Shown: positions 9,529 through 21,757 of the stretch, one piece after another
Layout: every line of letters begins with the position of its first letter
Numbering within the stretch: position 1 is the first letter of the stretch
Origin: Fenollaria sporofastidiosus
Lineage (GTDB): Bacteria > Bacillota > Clostridia > Tissierellales > Peptoniphilaceae
Direction of reading: 5' to 3'
Assembly: GCF_943169635.2 (NCBI RefSeq)
Contig: NZ_OW968186.1
Coordinates: forward strand, 1,378,239-1,410,238
DNA: 32,000 nucleotides
Program-made: the position numbers and the translations under genes
Notes under the pieces: generated by a model
What the model was told of the DNA's origin: nothing
Seen by the model: the letters and a program-made list of their open reading frames with translations, nothing else
Database searches by the model: none

Positions 9529-11251
9529 TCGTTATCTCTGTGCTTTTTAATTAGTTTTAAAAGCTCCATTGCATCACCTTTGCCATCATTAATTTGTTCC
9601 AATAAATCACTCACATAGTCTTTTGATTTTAGCTTCATTCTTTTTTCAATTAATTCTTTTAGATTGATGTATGTAGATTCTTCAGATTTCTTCCTAATAT
9701 CATCAATCTCTAAAAGCGCATTATCTTTATCCGCTATATCAAAATCACTAAGTTCTATCTCATTATTGCCTTCGTACTTCGACTTTAGTAGTGGCATGTT
9801 TATCTTAAATACTTTACTATAATTATCTATAGAAATTTCATTTATTATATATTTAAAATATTTAATATCCGCTAATGCATATATTAAAAGATTCTCATCT
9901 ATAATTTCTATATCTAATTTTTTAATTTTTGGTACTTCTGGTACAGTATATTTTTCTCTGTATTTGTTAACATAATTTGTTTTTGAAACTTGATTGATTA
10001 GCAAACTCTTGTCAATAGAGTAGACTCTCGAAATGTAGTCTATATAAATTTCTCTCTCAATTTTGTCATTTATTTTTGACAATAGTCTCGACAACTCGTT
10101 AATTAGTTCTAATAAGTTTTCCGGATTGTTTACATCATAAAGCTGCATTAGCTCAGAAACTTCATATTCAACAGAGTTTTTTGCTTCATTAAGCTTGGCA
10201 GTAAAACCAGAAAGTCCATATTTTTTAATAAAATCATCTGGATCTAAGCCTTCTTCAAGCACCACAACATTAGCTTTAGCATTTATAAATCTAAGTATCT
10301 CTATAGCCTTATGTGTTGCATTTTTGCCTGCTTTGTCTCCATCATAACAAATATAAATTTTCTTTGCGTTTCTATTCAATAAGTTTGCTTGATTTATAGT
10401 AAAAGCTGTACCCAAATTAGCAACAGCATAATTTACACCTGCTTGATATAAACTCATAACATCAATATTGCCTTCAACAAGAAGTATTTTATCTCTATCA
10501 GCTTCTTTTTTATAAATATTGTAGCCGAATAGCAACTCTCTCTTCTTAAAGACAATATTTTCACTTGTATTTAAGTACTTAGGCATACTGTTATCCAAGC
10601 TTCTTGCGCTAAAGCCAAGCACATGATTATGCACATCAAATATAGGAAAGACTAATCTGTTTCTAAATACATCATATGAACTATCTTTTTCTTCTTTTAT
10701 CTTGGCTAAACCTGCTTTAACTATGAAATCTTCACTGTATCCTTTGCCTATTAAGTAATCTTTAAGTGCTGTCCATTCATTTGGCGCATAACCTAGTTGA
10801 TACTTTAAAACAGTTTCCTTGCTTAATTTCCTCTTAAGTAGATAGTCAATAGCTATCTTTGACTTTAATATTTGACTTTGGAAGAAATCAAGAGCTGTTT
10901 TATTAATATCATAAAATTTTTCTATGAGATCAATTTCAGTTTTTTTTTACTTGTTGCTTCTTGTAGAGTTATATTCGCTCTGTCAGCTAAATACTCAACT
11001 GCTTCTTGGAAACTTAAGTTCCTATACTTCTCTATAAAAGTAATGACATCCCCAGACTCTCCGCAGCCAAAACATTTGTAGTATCCATCTTTACTATTAA
11101 CATGAAATGACGGCGTCTTCTCCTTGTGAAATGGGCACAGTCCAGTATATGATGCGCCTTTCTTATCTAGTTTTATATTCTCGCCAATCACATCTTCGAT
11201 GTTATTGTACTCTTTAATTTTATCAATGACTGCTGCATTAATTACTTTCAT
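9525..11251 (-). CDS. dnaG: DNA primase (frameshifted; two large ORF fragments)
   Basis: N-terminal zinc finger and region [39 protein letters not shown]; [33 protein letters not shown]...[12 protein letters not shown]. Gap 10634-10922 codes for the missing part in another frame (...[24 protein letters not shown]...). Break is at a run of nine A on the minus strand (T 10940-10948). Confidence 0.95.
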
Positions 11252-12266
11252 ATCATAACCTCATTCTTCCAAGTTTGTGGTACATATATCTTTTTAAATT
11301 CATTTATTGCATATATGTCTGACATACCCGCGATGTAATCACAAATTTCTTGATTCTTTGTTCCTTGAATCTCTTTAATATTGTCAGGAAGTTTTTCTGG
11401 ATGCTCATCATAATAATCATATAACATTGATATTATGTTCTTGGCCTTGTCATGTTCCTTAGTTGTAATTGGATTAAAATAAACTTCTTTAAACATGAAA
11501 GCCCTTAAGGCAAGCATTGCTTCACCAACTTCATCAGACATTTTATATAGTTTTGTCCATAACTTTCTTTAAGTATATCTGTAATCATAGTATTGATTCT
11601 CTTTGAGTGAGAATCGCCTAAAATTTCAATAAGATCTTTTGGTATATCTTTCTCGTGCAAAACACCAGCTCTGATTGCATCATCAATATCATGATTGATA
11701 TATGCAATTCGATCTGCAAACTTAACTACTCTACCTTCTAAAGTATATGCTTCGTTCGCTCCGCTATGGTTTACAATTCCATCTCTAACTTCGTCGCATA
11801 AGTTAAGTCCAAACTTTCCATTTCTTTTCTCAAGCACGTCAACAACTCTTAAGCTTTGTTCATAGTGCCTAAATCCGCCTAAATCCTTACATTTCTCATT
11901 AAGTGCGCTCTCTCCAGCATGTCCAAATGGTGTATGCCCTAAGTCATGTCCCAAAGATATCGCTTCAACTAAATCTTCATTAAGTCTTAAAGCTCTAGCA
12001 ATGGTTCTGGCTATTTGGCTAACTTCAAGTGTATGTGTAAGCCTTGTCCTAAAGTGATCTCCTTTAGGCGCTAGAAACACTTGAGTCTTGTGCTTAAGCC
12101 TTCTAAATGCTTTTGAGTGTAGAATCCTGTCTCTGTCTCTTTGGAAGTCGGTTCTTATATCACACTTTTCCTCCGAAACTTTTCTTCCTCTACTGTCCGA
12201 ACATTTGCATGCATATTCCGAAAGGTAAGAATCTTGAAATTTTCATATTTTCTCTAAAATTAATCA
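11248..12266 (-). CDS. dgt: Deoxyguanosinetriphosphate triphosphohydrolase-like HD protein (frameshifted)
   Basis: [60 protein letters not shown]...[14 protein letters not shown]...[32 protein letters not shown], spread over fragments 11248-11541, 11505-12080 and an upstream segment in another frame. Confidence 0.92.
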
Positions 12267-12267
12267 T

Positions 12268-13080
12268 TCATCTCACCAAAATTTTACTCAAACTATCTAT
12301 TATAATTGAAGCTGTCTCTTCTATAGCTTTATTTGTAACGTCAATAACCTGGCATCCAAGTTTTCCCATAATTTCCTTAGAATATCTAAGCTCTTCGTTA
12401 ATTCTATCTGTGCAAGCATAGTTGCATATATCTTCTATACCTAAAGACTTCATTCTTTCTATTCTGATTTCATTAATCTTTCTATCAGAAGCAATGAGAC
12501 CAAATATCCTTCTTTTGTCCTTTTCAAATAAAAACTCACTAGGTTCTATCTCTGGAAGTAACGGTACGTTTGCTACCTTGTAATTCTTATTAGCTAAATA
12601 CATAGAAAGAGGTGTCTTCGAAGTCCTTGATATACCTAGAAGAACAACGTCAGCAAGGATAATGCCTCTAGGATCCTTTCCATCGTCATACTTAACTGCA
12701 AACTCGATAGCAGAAACCTTATCAAAGTACTCTTGGTCAAGTCTTCTAATAAGTCCTGCCTCTCTAATAGGTGCTTGATGTAAAACTGATTCAATAGAGT
12801 CCAAAACTTTACTCATAACGTTAACAGTTGGAATATTATATTTTCTTCCTAAGCTTTCAATATAATGTGCATGATCTTCCAATACAGTTGTAAATATAAC
12901 AACTGAAGGAACTAGTTTTGCCTTTTCAAAGATATTAAATATCTTGTCCTTGCTGTCAACATAAGGGAACCTCTTAATCTCGTAAGCGTCTGGTGAAAAT
13001 TGCTTGATACATGATCTAGCAATCTTTCCAGCTGTTTCACCTATAGAGTCTGAAATTACAAATATAGTTATTTCGTTCAA
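12268..13080 (-). CDS. ppsR: Pyruvate, phosphate dikinase/PEP synthase regulatory protein (DUF299 family)
   Basis: ISDSIGETAGKIARS, DVVLLGISRTSKTPLSMYLANKNYKVANVPLLPE. Confidence 0.93.
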   Translation of the reverse strand: MNEITIFVISDSIGETAGKIARSCIKQFSPDAYEIKRFPYVDSKDKIFNIFEKAKLVPSVVIFTTVLEDHAHYIESLGRKYNIPTVNVMSKVLDSIESVLHQAPIREAGLIRRLDQEYFDKVSAIEFAVKYDDGKDPRGIILADVVLLGISRTSKTPLSMYLANKNYKVANVPLLPEIEPSEFLFEKDKRRIFGLIASDRKINEIRIERMKSLGIEDICNYACTDRINEELRYSKEIMGKLGCQVIDVTNKAIEETASIIIDSLSKILVR

Positions 13081-15159
13081 TTAAATCTCCTCTATTTCTT
13101 TAAAATCTAAAATGGAGTTAAATTCATTTAGTATTAATGATATTAATGAAAGTCTGTTGTTCTTTATTATTTTATTATCAACTAAAACCATAGTTGAGTC
13201 CAAGAATTTATCAATGCTTTCTTTGTAAGTAGCAAGTATCTTAATTGCTTCTGTTATATCTATATCGGAAATATTTTCTTCCTTTGCCTTCAAATCTTGG
13301 TATAGAACGAATAATTCTTTTTCACTCTCTTCCATTATGTCTTGGTTAGGATCAACTTTTTCAAATTCTTTTCCTTTTGATATCTGATATATTCTCCTAA
13401 ACGCAGCTAAAGCATCTTTAAATTCATCACTGTCTTTAATTCCATCTAACTTTGTTAGGACTTGTTTTATAGTTAATAAATTTAAGTCTTTATGTTTATT
13501 CATAACAGCGTTTATTAAATTTGCATCATAGTTACTATCTTGCAATATACCTATGAACCTTGTCTTAATATAATCTAAAACATTCTTCTTAACCTCGTCG
13601 TAATCAAACTTTAATTCATTTATATTGACATAGTTGTACAATGTTTCTTCAAGTAAGGAATCTATAGATACATCCAAAGACTTTTCTAATACTATATTTA
13701 TAATACCCAAAGTAGCCCTTCTTATACCAAATGGGTCTTGTGATCCACTTGGTTTTGTGCCGATTGAGAATAAACCTGATATTGTATCAAGTTTATCTGC
13801 TACAGCAAGTATTACTCCTGCAGTAGTGCTTGGAAGTGAATCTTGGGCATATCTTGGTAGATAGTGTTCATATATTGCTTCTTGCACACCTACAGTTTCT
13901 CCTGATAGCTTAGCATATATCTTTCCCATAACGCCTTGAAGTTCAGTAAACTCTACAACTAGCTTAGTTGCAAGGTCAGCTTTTGATAAATATGCAGCTC
14001 TCTTAGTAGTCTCTACTGTCTCTTCTCCAACATTTAGGTCTTCACAAATCTTTTCAGATAGTTTAATGTTTCTTAATGTTTTATCGTATAATGTTCCAAG
14101 CTTATCTTGGAAGACAATTGTTCTTAAATCATTAACATAGTCTTCTAAGTTTTTCTTCCTATCTTCATTAAAGAAGAATTTAGCATCTTCCAGCCTAGCA
14201 GCAAGAACTTTTTCATTCCCTTTTCTAACTATGTCAAGATATTTATCGTCACCATTTCTAACTGTAATGAAGTGATTCATAAGTCTGTTCTTTGAATCTA
14301 CAACTGGGAAGTATCTTAAGTGATCCTTCATTGGTGTGATAACCACTTCATCAGGAAGCTCAAGATATTGATCCTTAATAGTTCCAAGTAGTGGTGTTGG
14401 ATATTCAACTAAGTTTGTTACTTGATCAATGATAGCTTCATCATTTTGTATCGATCCACCAACAGATTTAGCAAGTCTTTCTGACTCTAGTCTAATTCTT
14501 GCTTTTCTTTCGCTGTTATCAACAATAACAAAGTTATCTTCCATAATCTTCATATAGTCATGAGCATCAGATATCTCTATATCCTTCTTAGATAAAATCT
14601 GTGACCATTTGTTAAATTTGATACTCTTATATTCTCTAAGTTAAATTTAACAACTATGTCATTATAAAAGAGACAATCCATCTAATAGGTCTAGCAAATT
14701 TTAAGTCTCTTCCGCCCCATTTCATAGATTTTGGAAAGACTATCTTTCTAATAATACTTTCTGCGTTTCGTTCAATAAGCTCTGTAAATGTTAAGCTCTT
14801 GTGCTCTACATTAGCAAAAACATATTCAGTGCCACCCATATCTTTAAAGAAAATATCTTTTACATCTAAGCCCTTTGACTTTAAAAGCCTTGAAGTGCCT
14901 TTGTTGGGTTGCCAGCATCATCAAAACTAATTGACTTAGAAGGACCCTTGATTTCTTCTTTTCTATGCTTTCATTTTCTATGATATTGTCAATTATAGTA
15001 GTAATTCTTCTTGGTGTTGTATATACGTTTACTTCATAATCTTTGTATGAGTTTTCATTTAATAATTTCAAAAGCACTTTTAAATTGTTCTATAGCTAAT
15101 TTTGAATAACTAGCAGGTAGCTCTTCCATACCTACTTCTAATAAATATCTATTTGCCAT
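13081..15159 (-). CDS. glyS: Glycine--tRNA ligase beta subunit (frameshifted)
   Basis: Starts [17 protein letters not shown]; fragments 14844-15077, 14654-14839 ([21 protein letters not shown]) and 13081-14553 ([52 protein letters not shown]). Confidence 0.95.
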
Positions 15160-16038
15160 CATTAAAACCTACTTTCTTAGTAAATGGAAAGCCCATCTCT
15201 TTTCTTTGTTCTACGTATTTACTTGCTATTAGCTTAGCCAAACTTCTAACCTTTAGTATATAGTTTGCTCTTTGCGATACTGATATAGCTCCAAGTGCAT
15301 CAAGCACGTTGAATGTATGTGAGCACTTTAGTACATAGTCATACGCTGGTAATATAAGTCCTTTTTCAATAATTCTCTTGCATTCGGCTTCATATCTTTC
15401 AAACATCTCTTGTAGTAAGTCCTTGTCTGCTAATTCAAAACTGTAAACAGAGTGCTCATACTCAGCTTTCTTGAATATATCACCATATGTGAAATTTTCA
15501 TTCCATTGTATATCGTAAACATTGTCAACATCTTGTAAGTACATAGCAATTCTCTCAAGACCATATGTTAGCTCTGAGGATTCAATGTCTAGATTAAGTC
15601 CACCGACTTGTTGGAAGTATGTGAATTGAGTTATCTCCATACCGTCAAGCCAAACTTCCCAGCCTAGTCCCCACGCACCAAGTGTAGGTGACTCCCAGTT
15701 ATCTTCTACGAATCTTATATCGTGTTTTAACGGGTCTATGCCAATCGCCTTCAAGCTATCCAAGTACAAATCTTGAACATCATATGGCGATGGTTTTAGT
15801 ATTACTTGCAATTGATGGTGTTGGTAAACTCTGTTTGGATTTTCACCATATCTTGCATCCGCTGGCCTTCTTGATGGTTCTACATATACAACTCTCCAAG
15901 GCTCAGGTCCTAGTGATCTAAGAAAAGTGTGGATTCATTGTTCCTGCACCCTTCTCGACATCATAAGGCTCCATTACTAAGCAGCCTTTATCCTTCCAAT
16001 AATTTAGTAAATTCATCATTAAATCTTGAAAATACATT
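15149..16038 (-). CDS. glyQ: Glycine--tRNA ligase alpha subunit (frameshifted near the N-terminus)
   Basis: Start [37 protein letters not shown], then a shift; ORF 15149-15811 continues ([55 protein letters not shown]-like region). Confidence 0.95.
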
Positions 16039-16103
16039 TTGTCCTCCTCAATATTTGACTTTAAGAGTCTTAAATTCGTCTTTATCAAAATATAAAATAT
16101 AAT

Positions 16104-16759
16104 TTATAAACAAAGTTTTAAATTTTTATATTTATCATTGTATTCAACATTAATTAAGTCTTTAAATTTGCTGTCAAGCAAAAATTGATAAAGCTTAGTT
16201 CTTCTTTTATAAGTAAGTTCTTTTATAGTTACTAAGTTCAGCTATTATTGTTCCATGTTCAAATTCAAATCTATAAGTATCTACTTTATCTCTTAATTGT
16301 ATTCTAGGAAAGTATCCTAATAAATATATGAGCTTTAGTATAAATGCCAAGATAAATAATTCTGCTCTTTCTGGATAAATATCCATAATATTTACTAGTG
16401 TGATTATCATCGAGTAAATATACTCATCTGACTCCTGAGTATTCAAAAGCGTTGATAATAGCTCTGATAAAAAGCAAAATTGTGAATCTTTTAATATCTG
16501 CGTTCATTAGCTGAGCTGAATATAATACCTTTGAATCATTTACTAAGAATAATTCTTTATACTTAGATAGCATGAACACTGACTCTGTAAATACAAATGA
16601 ACTTCTTGAAACATTGCTTCTCAAATCATAAGCGCTTCGTACATAAGCTTTTATACGCCCAGCATTAACCGTGTATATTTCAAGTATTTTGCCGTTCTTT
16701 TCATCGCTCTTGCTAGCAATAACTATGCCTCTGTACTCTTCGGACTTACTTGTATCCAA
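16104..16759 (-). CDS. recO: DNA repair protein RecO (frameshifted; TTG start overlapping the era 3' end)
   Basis: YRGIVIASKSDEKNGKILEIYTVNAGRIKAYVRSAYDLRS...; C-terminal residues NLVTIKELTYKRRTKLYQFLLDSKFKDLINVEYNDKYKNLKLCL found in another frame. Position directly after era. Confidence 0.75.
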
Positions 16760-17622
16760 AAAACTTCACCTGGTCTTCGTTCTTTCTCCAATTCTTGGCA
16801 ACCTTAACATTTAATTTAAGATTAACTTCTGTATCAAGCATGGCTTTTATATCTTTCTTTGCAGCAAGTCTAATCTTTTTAATCATAGAGGCTTCTTTAC
16901 CTATGACCATGCCCTTGTGGCTTTCTCTCTCACAATAAATGATTGCATCTATGTTTACAGCATCTTCTTTTTCTTCATACTTAAGTATTTCAATGTTTAT
17001 CCCATGTGGTATCTCATCTGATAAAAAGTTTAGGCACTTTTGTCTAATAATCTCTGAAACGATAAACTTCATTGGTTTATCAGTTAAATATTCACCATCA
17101 TAATACATAGGACCTGGTTTCAATACTTTTTTTATTTCATCTAGAAGCTTATCCAAGTTATCATCATTAGCCGCACTTATTGGAACAGTAATTGAATTAA
17201 GTTTTCTAGAATTTATCTCGCCTATAATTTCTTCTATATGAGATTCGTCTTTGTCAATTTTATTGATAGCAATAACTACATTCTTGTTTGCACTTGTAAC
17301 TATGTCCATAAGTTCTTTTTCGCCAGCTTTAATAGGTACAGATCCATCAATTATGTATAGTATCATATCTGCATCCTCTAAAGCGGCTCTCATCACCTTA
17401 TCCATGTAGTCGCCTAACTTGTTTTTCGCAATTTGATAGCCAGGAGTATCCATGAATATAATTTGTGCATCATCATCTGTATATAAAATTAATTATATCT
17501 CTAGTAGTTTGTGGTTTATCTGAGATGATAGATATGTTAAACTTAACAAGTTTATTAAGTAGTGTTGATTTACCAGCATTGGGTCTACCTACAACCGCTA
17601 CATAGCCTGATTTAAATTCCAT
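16746..17622 (-). CDS. era: GTPase Era (one frameshift around 17455-17490)
   Basis: N-terminus [44 protein letters not shown], then ...[24 protein letters not shown] domain [17 protein letters not shown]. Confidence 0.95.
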
Positions 17623-17643
17623 TGTTTCACCTCTTTTACTCAT

Positions 17644-18021
17644 CTAATGAAAAGATTCTGGGAGCAGATCTTTTATATTATAAATTTTATAATCATTTAC
17701 ATCCTTTGCAACTATAATCTCGCAGTCTTTAGTGAACTCGCTTATGAACTGTCTACACGCACCGCATGGCATAGGATATACATCCACATTTACAATTGCT
17801 ATACGTTTAATGGACCTAGAGTCAGAGCTTACTATTGCATTTGCTATTGCGCTTCTTTCTGCACATATTGTTAGACCATAAGATGCATTTTCGATATTGA
17901 CTCCAGTATAAACATTGCCATCATCCATCTCTACTGCTGCAGCAACCTTAAATTTAGAGTATTTACTGTATGATCTATCTAAAACTTTAAGTGCCGATTC
18001 AATAAGCCCTTTAGTATCCAT
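17644..18021 (-). CDS. cdd: Cytidine deaminase
   Basis: TGVNIENASYGLTICAERSAIANAI and PCGACRQFISEF zinc-binding motifs. Confidence 0.95.
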   Translation of the reverse strand: MDTKGLIESALKVLDRSYSKYSKFKVAAAVEMDDGNVYTGVNIENASYGLTICAERSAIANAIVSSDSRSIKRIAIVNVDVYPMPCGACRQFISEFTKDCEIIVAKDVNDYKIYNIKDLLPESFH

Positions 18022-18072
18022 TAGCGTCCCTCCAAGCTTTTATTATATAATATTTTACGCTTAATTTCAATA

Positions 18073-19499
18073 CTAACGTGTAATATTAAGCTCGTCTAAT
18101 ATATCTCTTTGTCTCTGTTCCATAATAACTCTATCATCGTCTTCAATATGATCATATCCCAAAAGGTGAAGTATGCTATGTGTGAATAAAAACATAATCT
18201 CTCTTTCAAGACTATGCCCATACTCTTTTGCTTGCTCCACAGCAACATCATATGAGATGACTACATCGCCTAGCAAGGTTTCATCTGAAGAGAAGTCTTC
18301 GATAAGTGGAAATGATAAAACATCTGTAACTTTATCAATGTCCCTGTACTCTCTGTTCAAATCTTGTATCTCTTCCTTTGACACGTAAGTAAGGCCCACT
18401 TCATAATCGTCATTAAGCCCTTCTTTTTTTAATGCTAGAGATGCTATCTTTTTCATTGTGTCTTCATAACCTGCTTCTATAGGATAGTTGTTTTCGTTAT
18501 TAATTACTATATCCATCTTTTCTTCTCTTTCTTCACTTTCTTTATTAAGCTTCTTACTTTCATAAAGATTATAAGCTTCAATGATTCTTTGAACCAGTAT
18601 ATTTCTTACAACGTCAGTTTGAGTAAGCTCTATGAAGCTTATGCCATTGATATTTCTAAGTATATGACTGGCCGCTATAAGTCCAGACTTCTTACCCTTT
18701 GGTAAGTCTCTTTGAGTAATATCACCTGTAACAATCACCTTAGAGTTGAAGCCCATCCTTGTTAGGAACATCTTCATTTGCTCTTCTGTAGTATTTTGTG
18801 CTTCATCAAGTATTATGAAGGCTTTATCTAGTGTCCTTCCTCTCATATAAGCAAGTGGCGCTACTTCTATAAGTCCTCTTTCAGCATTTTTTTCATATTG
18901 CTCCTTGCCCATAATCTCATATAGAGCATCATAGACCGGCCTTAGATATGGATCAACCTTTTCTTTAAGGTCACCCGGTAAGAATCCTAGGTTCTCACCT
19001 GCTTCTACAGCTGGTCTTGTTAATATAATCTTAGATACTTCTTTATTTTTAAAAGCATTAACCGCCATAGCTATAGCCAAATATGTTTTGCCAGTACCTG
19101 CTGGTCCTATACCGAAGGTTATTCCAGACTTTCTAATCATATCGACATATCTTTTTTGACCAATAGTCTTAGGTCTTATAGTCTTTCCTTCACTAGTTAT
19201 AGCTATAACATCTTTTGTATATCGTATAAGAGGTTCTCTTTCGCTTTTTTAACTAAGTTAATTGAATAATATATGTCCTCCTTACTAAGTGATTTTTGAG
19301 TGTCTATAAGGCTCGATAAGGCTTTTATCAATCTTTCAGCCATAGCTTCATTCTCTTCATTGTTAGAAGCTATCAATATCTTATCTGAGCGCATATCAAT
19401 CTTAATATCAAGTTCCTTCTCAATTATCTTGATGTTAGAATCTAAATTTCCGGCTAACGCCTCTTGTTTGTTGCTATCAAAATTAAGTTCTCTACTCAT
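18073..19499 (-). CDS. ybeY: PhoH-family ATPase fused to rRNA maturation RNase YbeY (one frameshift near 19250)
   Basis: ORF 18073-19140 contains PhoH motifs ([59 protein letters not shown]) running without a stop into YbeY ([38 protein letters not shown]). ORF 19203-19499 supplies the PhoH N-terminus in another frame; linking sequence reads [33 protein letters not shown]. Confidence 0.9.
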
Positions 19500-20010
19500 T
19501 AATCCTCCTTAGTGCTAGTGGTTTATCTAGTATCTCTTTCATGATTATGGCCTTTGCCACATTGGTTTGTGAAAATTGTATGCTTTCGTGTTCATAATCA
19601 AAGTCTTCATAAACATTCTCTTCTACTTTTACCATTTCCTCATGCTCACTCTCATGCTCTTCTGTCTTCTTTGCCTTAAATTCGCGAAGTCTGTCTTTAA
19701 TGTCCCTTGACAAATACTCATCAAGTTCTCTTGACCTATCAGAAAAATAATCATCAGCCTTAGCTTTGTAATCATCACTGATGGCTTCATCATAGTGCTT
19801 TTCCAAGTTGCCTATCTTTTTAACCTTTTCATCTGTCTTGATATTCTTAGGCTTCTTACTGTTCTTATTTTCCTGCATTGCTCTTTTATAAATTTCATCA
19901 AGTTTTTTAGTAAGATCACTGTTTTTCTTTTTCTTATTGGCTTCCGACAAAACTGTAGCAAGAGAAGATATTAGCATAAAGCAAAACGCTAATACAAATA
20001 ATATATCCAT
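19492..20010 (-). CDS. Small membrane-anchored protein of unknown function
   Basis: Clean 172-codon ORF with one N-terminal hydrophobic segment (ILFVLAFCFMLISSLATVL), charged middle, C-terminal VAKAIIMKEILDKPLALRR; sits between floA and phoH. Confidence 0.6.
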   Translation of the reverse strand: MDILFVLAFCFMLISSLATVLSEANKKKKNSDLTKKLDEIYKRAMQENKNSKKPKNIKTDEKVKKIGNLEKHYDEAISDDYKAKADDYFSDRSRELDEYLSRDIKDRLREFKAKKTEEHESEHEEMVKVEENVYEDFDYEHESIQFSQTNVAKAIIMKEILDKPLALRRINE

Positions 20011-20024
20011 ACTTTTCTACTTAT

Positions 20025-21035
20025 CTAATTTTGTGTATCGGATATGGATTTTCTCATATCGGTATCTGAATTGATATTATTCATCTTGTAATAATCCATA
20101 ACTCCTAGGTTTCCATTCTTTAATGCTTCGGCGATTGCTAGTGGAACTTCTCTTTCAGCTTCGACAACTTTTGATTTCATCTTTTGAACCTCAGCCTTCA
20201 TTTCTTGTTCGCTTGCAACAGCCATAGCACGTCTTTCTTCAGCCTTTGCTTGAGCTATCTTCTTATCAGCATCAGCTTGATCCATAAGTAATTTAGCTCC
20301 TATGTTTCTACCTACGTCTATGTCTGCTATGTCTATAGAAAGTATTTCAAAAGCTGTTCCAGAGTCAAGACCCTTCTTTAGAACTGTCTTTGAGATACTG
20401 TCAGGATTTTCAAGAACATCCTTGTGGCTTTGTGCACTACCTACTGTAGTTACAATACCTTCACCAACTCTTGCGATGATAGTTTCTTCTCCTGCACCGC
20501 CGACTAATCTCTCGATATTAGCTCTAACAGTTACTCTTGCTTTTACAACAACTTCTATACCATTCATAGCAACTGCAGATATATTTGGTGTTTCTATAAC
20601 CTTAGGGTTAACGCTAACTTGTACAGCTTCTAAGACATTACGTCCTGCAAGGTCGATAGCAGCTGCTCTTGTAAAGTCTAGCGGTATATCAGCTCTTTGT
20701 GCAGCTATAAGTGCATCTACGAGTGTATCTACGTTACCACCAGCTAAGTAGTGAGCTTCTAGTTCATTAACTTTAATGTCTAGTCCAGCCTTTGTAGCCT
20801 TAATCATTGGGTTTATGATCTTGCTTGGTGCAACTCTTCTAAGTCTCATACCAGTAAGTGTTGCCATGCTAACCTTAACTCCTGAGAAGAAAGCTGTTAT
20901 CCACAAGCCAATTGGTACAAATGAAAAGAATATACTTAAGACTATTAATCCAAGTATAACAATTATAAATCCTCCTGATGCTAAAACATTAATAATGTTT
21001 CCTAATAAAAACATACTACTTAACCTCCTTGTCAA
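20025..21035 (-). CDS. floA: Flotillin-like protein FloA
   Basis: [76 protein letters not shown] motifs. Confidence 0.93.
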   Translation of the reverse strand: MTRRLSSMFLLGNIINVLASGGFIIVILGLIVLSIFFSFVPIGLWITAFFSGVKVSMATLTGMRLRRVAPSKIINPMIKATKAGLDIKVNELEAHYLAGGNVDTLVDALIAAQRADIPLDFTRAAAIDLAGRNVLEAVQVSVNPKVIETPNISAVAMNGIEVVVKARVTVRANIERLVGGAGEETIIARVGEGIVTTVGSAQSHKDVLENPDSISKTVLKKGLDSGTAFEILSIDIADIDVGRNIGAKLLMDQADADKKIAQAKAEERRAMAVASEQEMKAEVQKMKSKVVEAEREVPLAIAEALKNGNLGVMDYYKMNNINSDTDMRKSISDTQN

Positions 21036-21681
21036 CTATTAAATATCTTCCTTTAACTGCTATAACCTTCAATGCCAAACCATTATCTAGGTAGCCATCG
21101 TAGCTTACAGCGTTGTATTTAATGCCATTAACTAATACAAAGCCCGTTGGTCCAAGTGAACTTATAGACTCTGCATCCTTTCCTACGAGTTTATTTAACT
21201 CATTAAACTCTTCTTTATTCCCTTTTAAATTTGCTTGTGTGCTTAATACAAAATGACTTAGTCCCTTAAGAGTGTAGCCTTTCTTAAACATAAATTTAAT
21301 GAAAGATATATTTAAGTTTAAAGATACTACTATAGCTAATAGACCATATCTATAATTACTAAATGTTAAAGCTATGGATGTAATATAGCCAAGTATACCT
21401 ATAACTCCTGTTACTGTGAAGCCTGGAATGAATATCTCTAAAACTACAAAAATGCATGAAAATATAAATATTGCTATTGGATAAAAATTGTTTATCTGAC
21501 ATAGCACCCTGCTTGCAAATAAAACAAAGTGTGTGATAAAAAATAATGTGATGTATAAATTTTGCTTCTTGTTGATCAATGCAAGGCTTAAGAAAAACGT
21601 GCCTACTAATACTAATAAAAATGCGGCTATATCTGTTGTGATAAACAGATTAGCATCTGCTACCAAAAATAAATTTTGCAT
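21016..21681 (-). CDS. NfeD-like membrane protein
   Basis: Multiple TM segments ([29 protein letters not shown]) followed by an OB-like region [54 protein letters not shown]; upstream of floA. Confidence 0.9.
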   Translation of the reverse strand: MQNLFLVADANLFITTDIAAFLLVLVGTFFLSLALINKKQNLYITLFFITHFVLFASRVLCQINNFYPIAIFIFSCIFVVLEIFIPGFTVTGVIGILGYITSIALTFSNYRYGLLAIVVSLNLNISFIKFMFKKGYTLKGLSHFVLSTQANLKGNKEEFNELNKLVGKDAESISSLGPTGFVLVNGIKYNAVSYDGYLDNGLALKVIAVKGRYLIVDKEVK

Positions 21682-21727
21682 TCAATCACCACCTAAGTAT
21701 ATTTACCCATTATGTATATATTTAATC

Positions 21728-21757
21728 AAAAATCAAGGCTGACCATTGTGACCAGCC
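21728..21757 (-). terminator. Rho-independent terminator of the yajC-end transcript, overlapping the yajC 3' end
   Basis: Minus strand GGCTGGTC-ACAAT-GGTCAGCC stem-loop (two G-U pairs) followed by TTGATTTTT. Confidence 0.65.

Noticed and set aside
709-15159. Frameshifts as programmed recoding or genuine pseudogenes
   Set aside because: Too many unrelated essential genes are affected, frequently at homopolymers and without a consistent slippery sequence plus stimulator; sequence error is simpler.
20302-20751. Plus-strand 149-aa ORF
   Set aside because: Antisense shadow of the strongly supported floA; composition looks like reverse translation of the floA codons.
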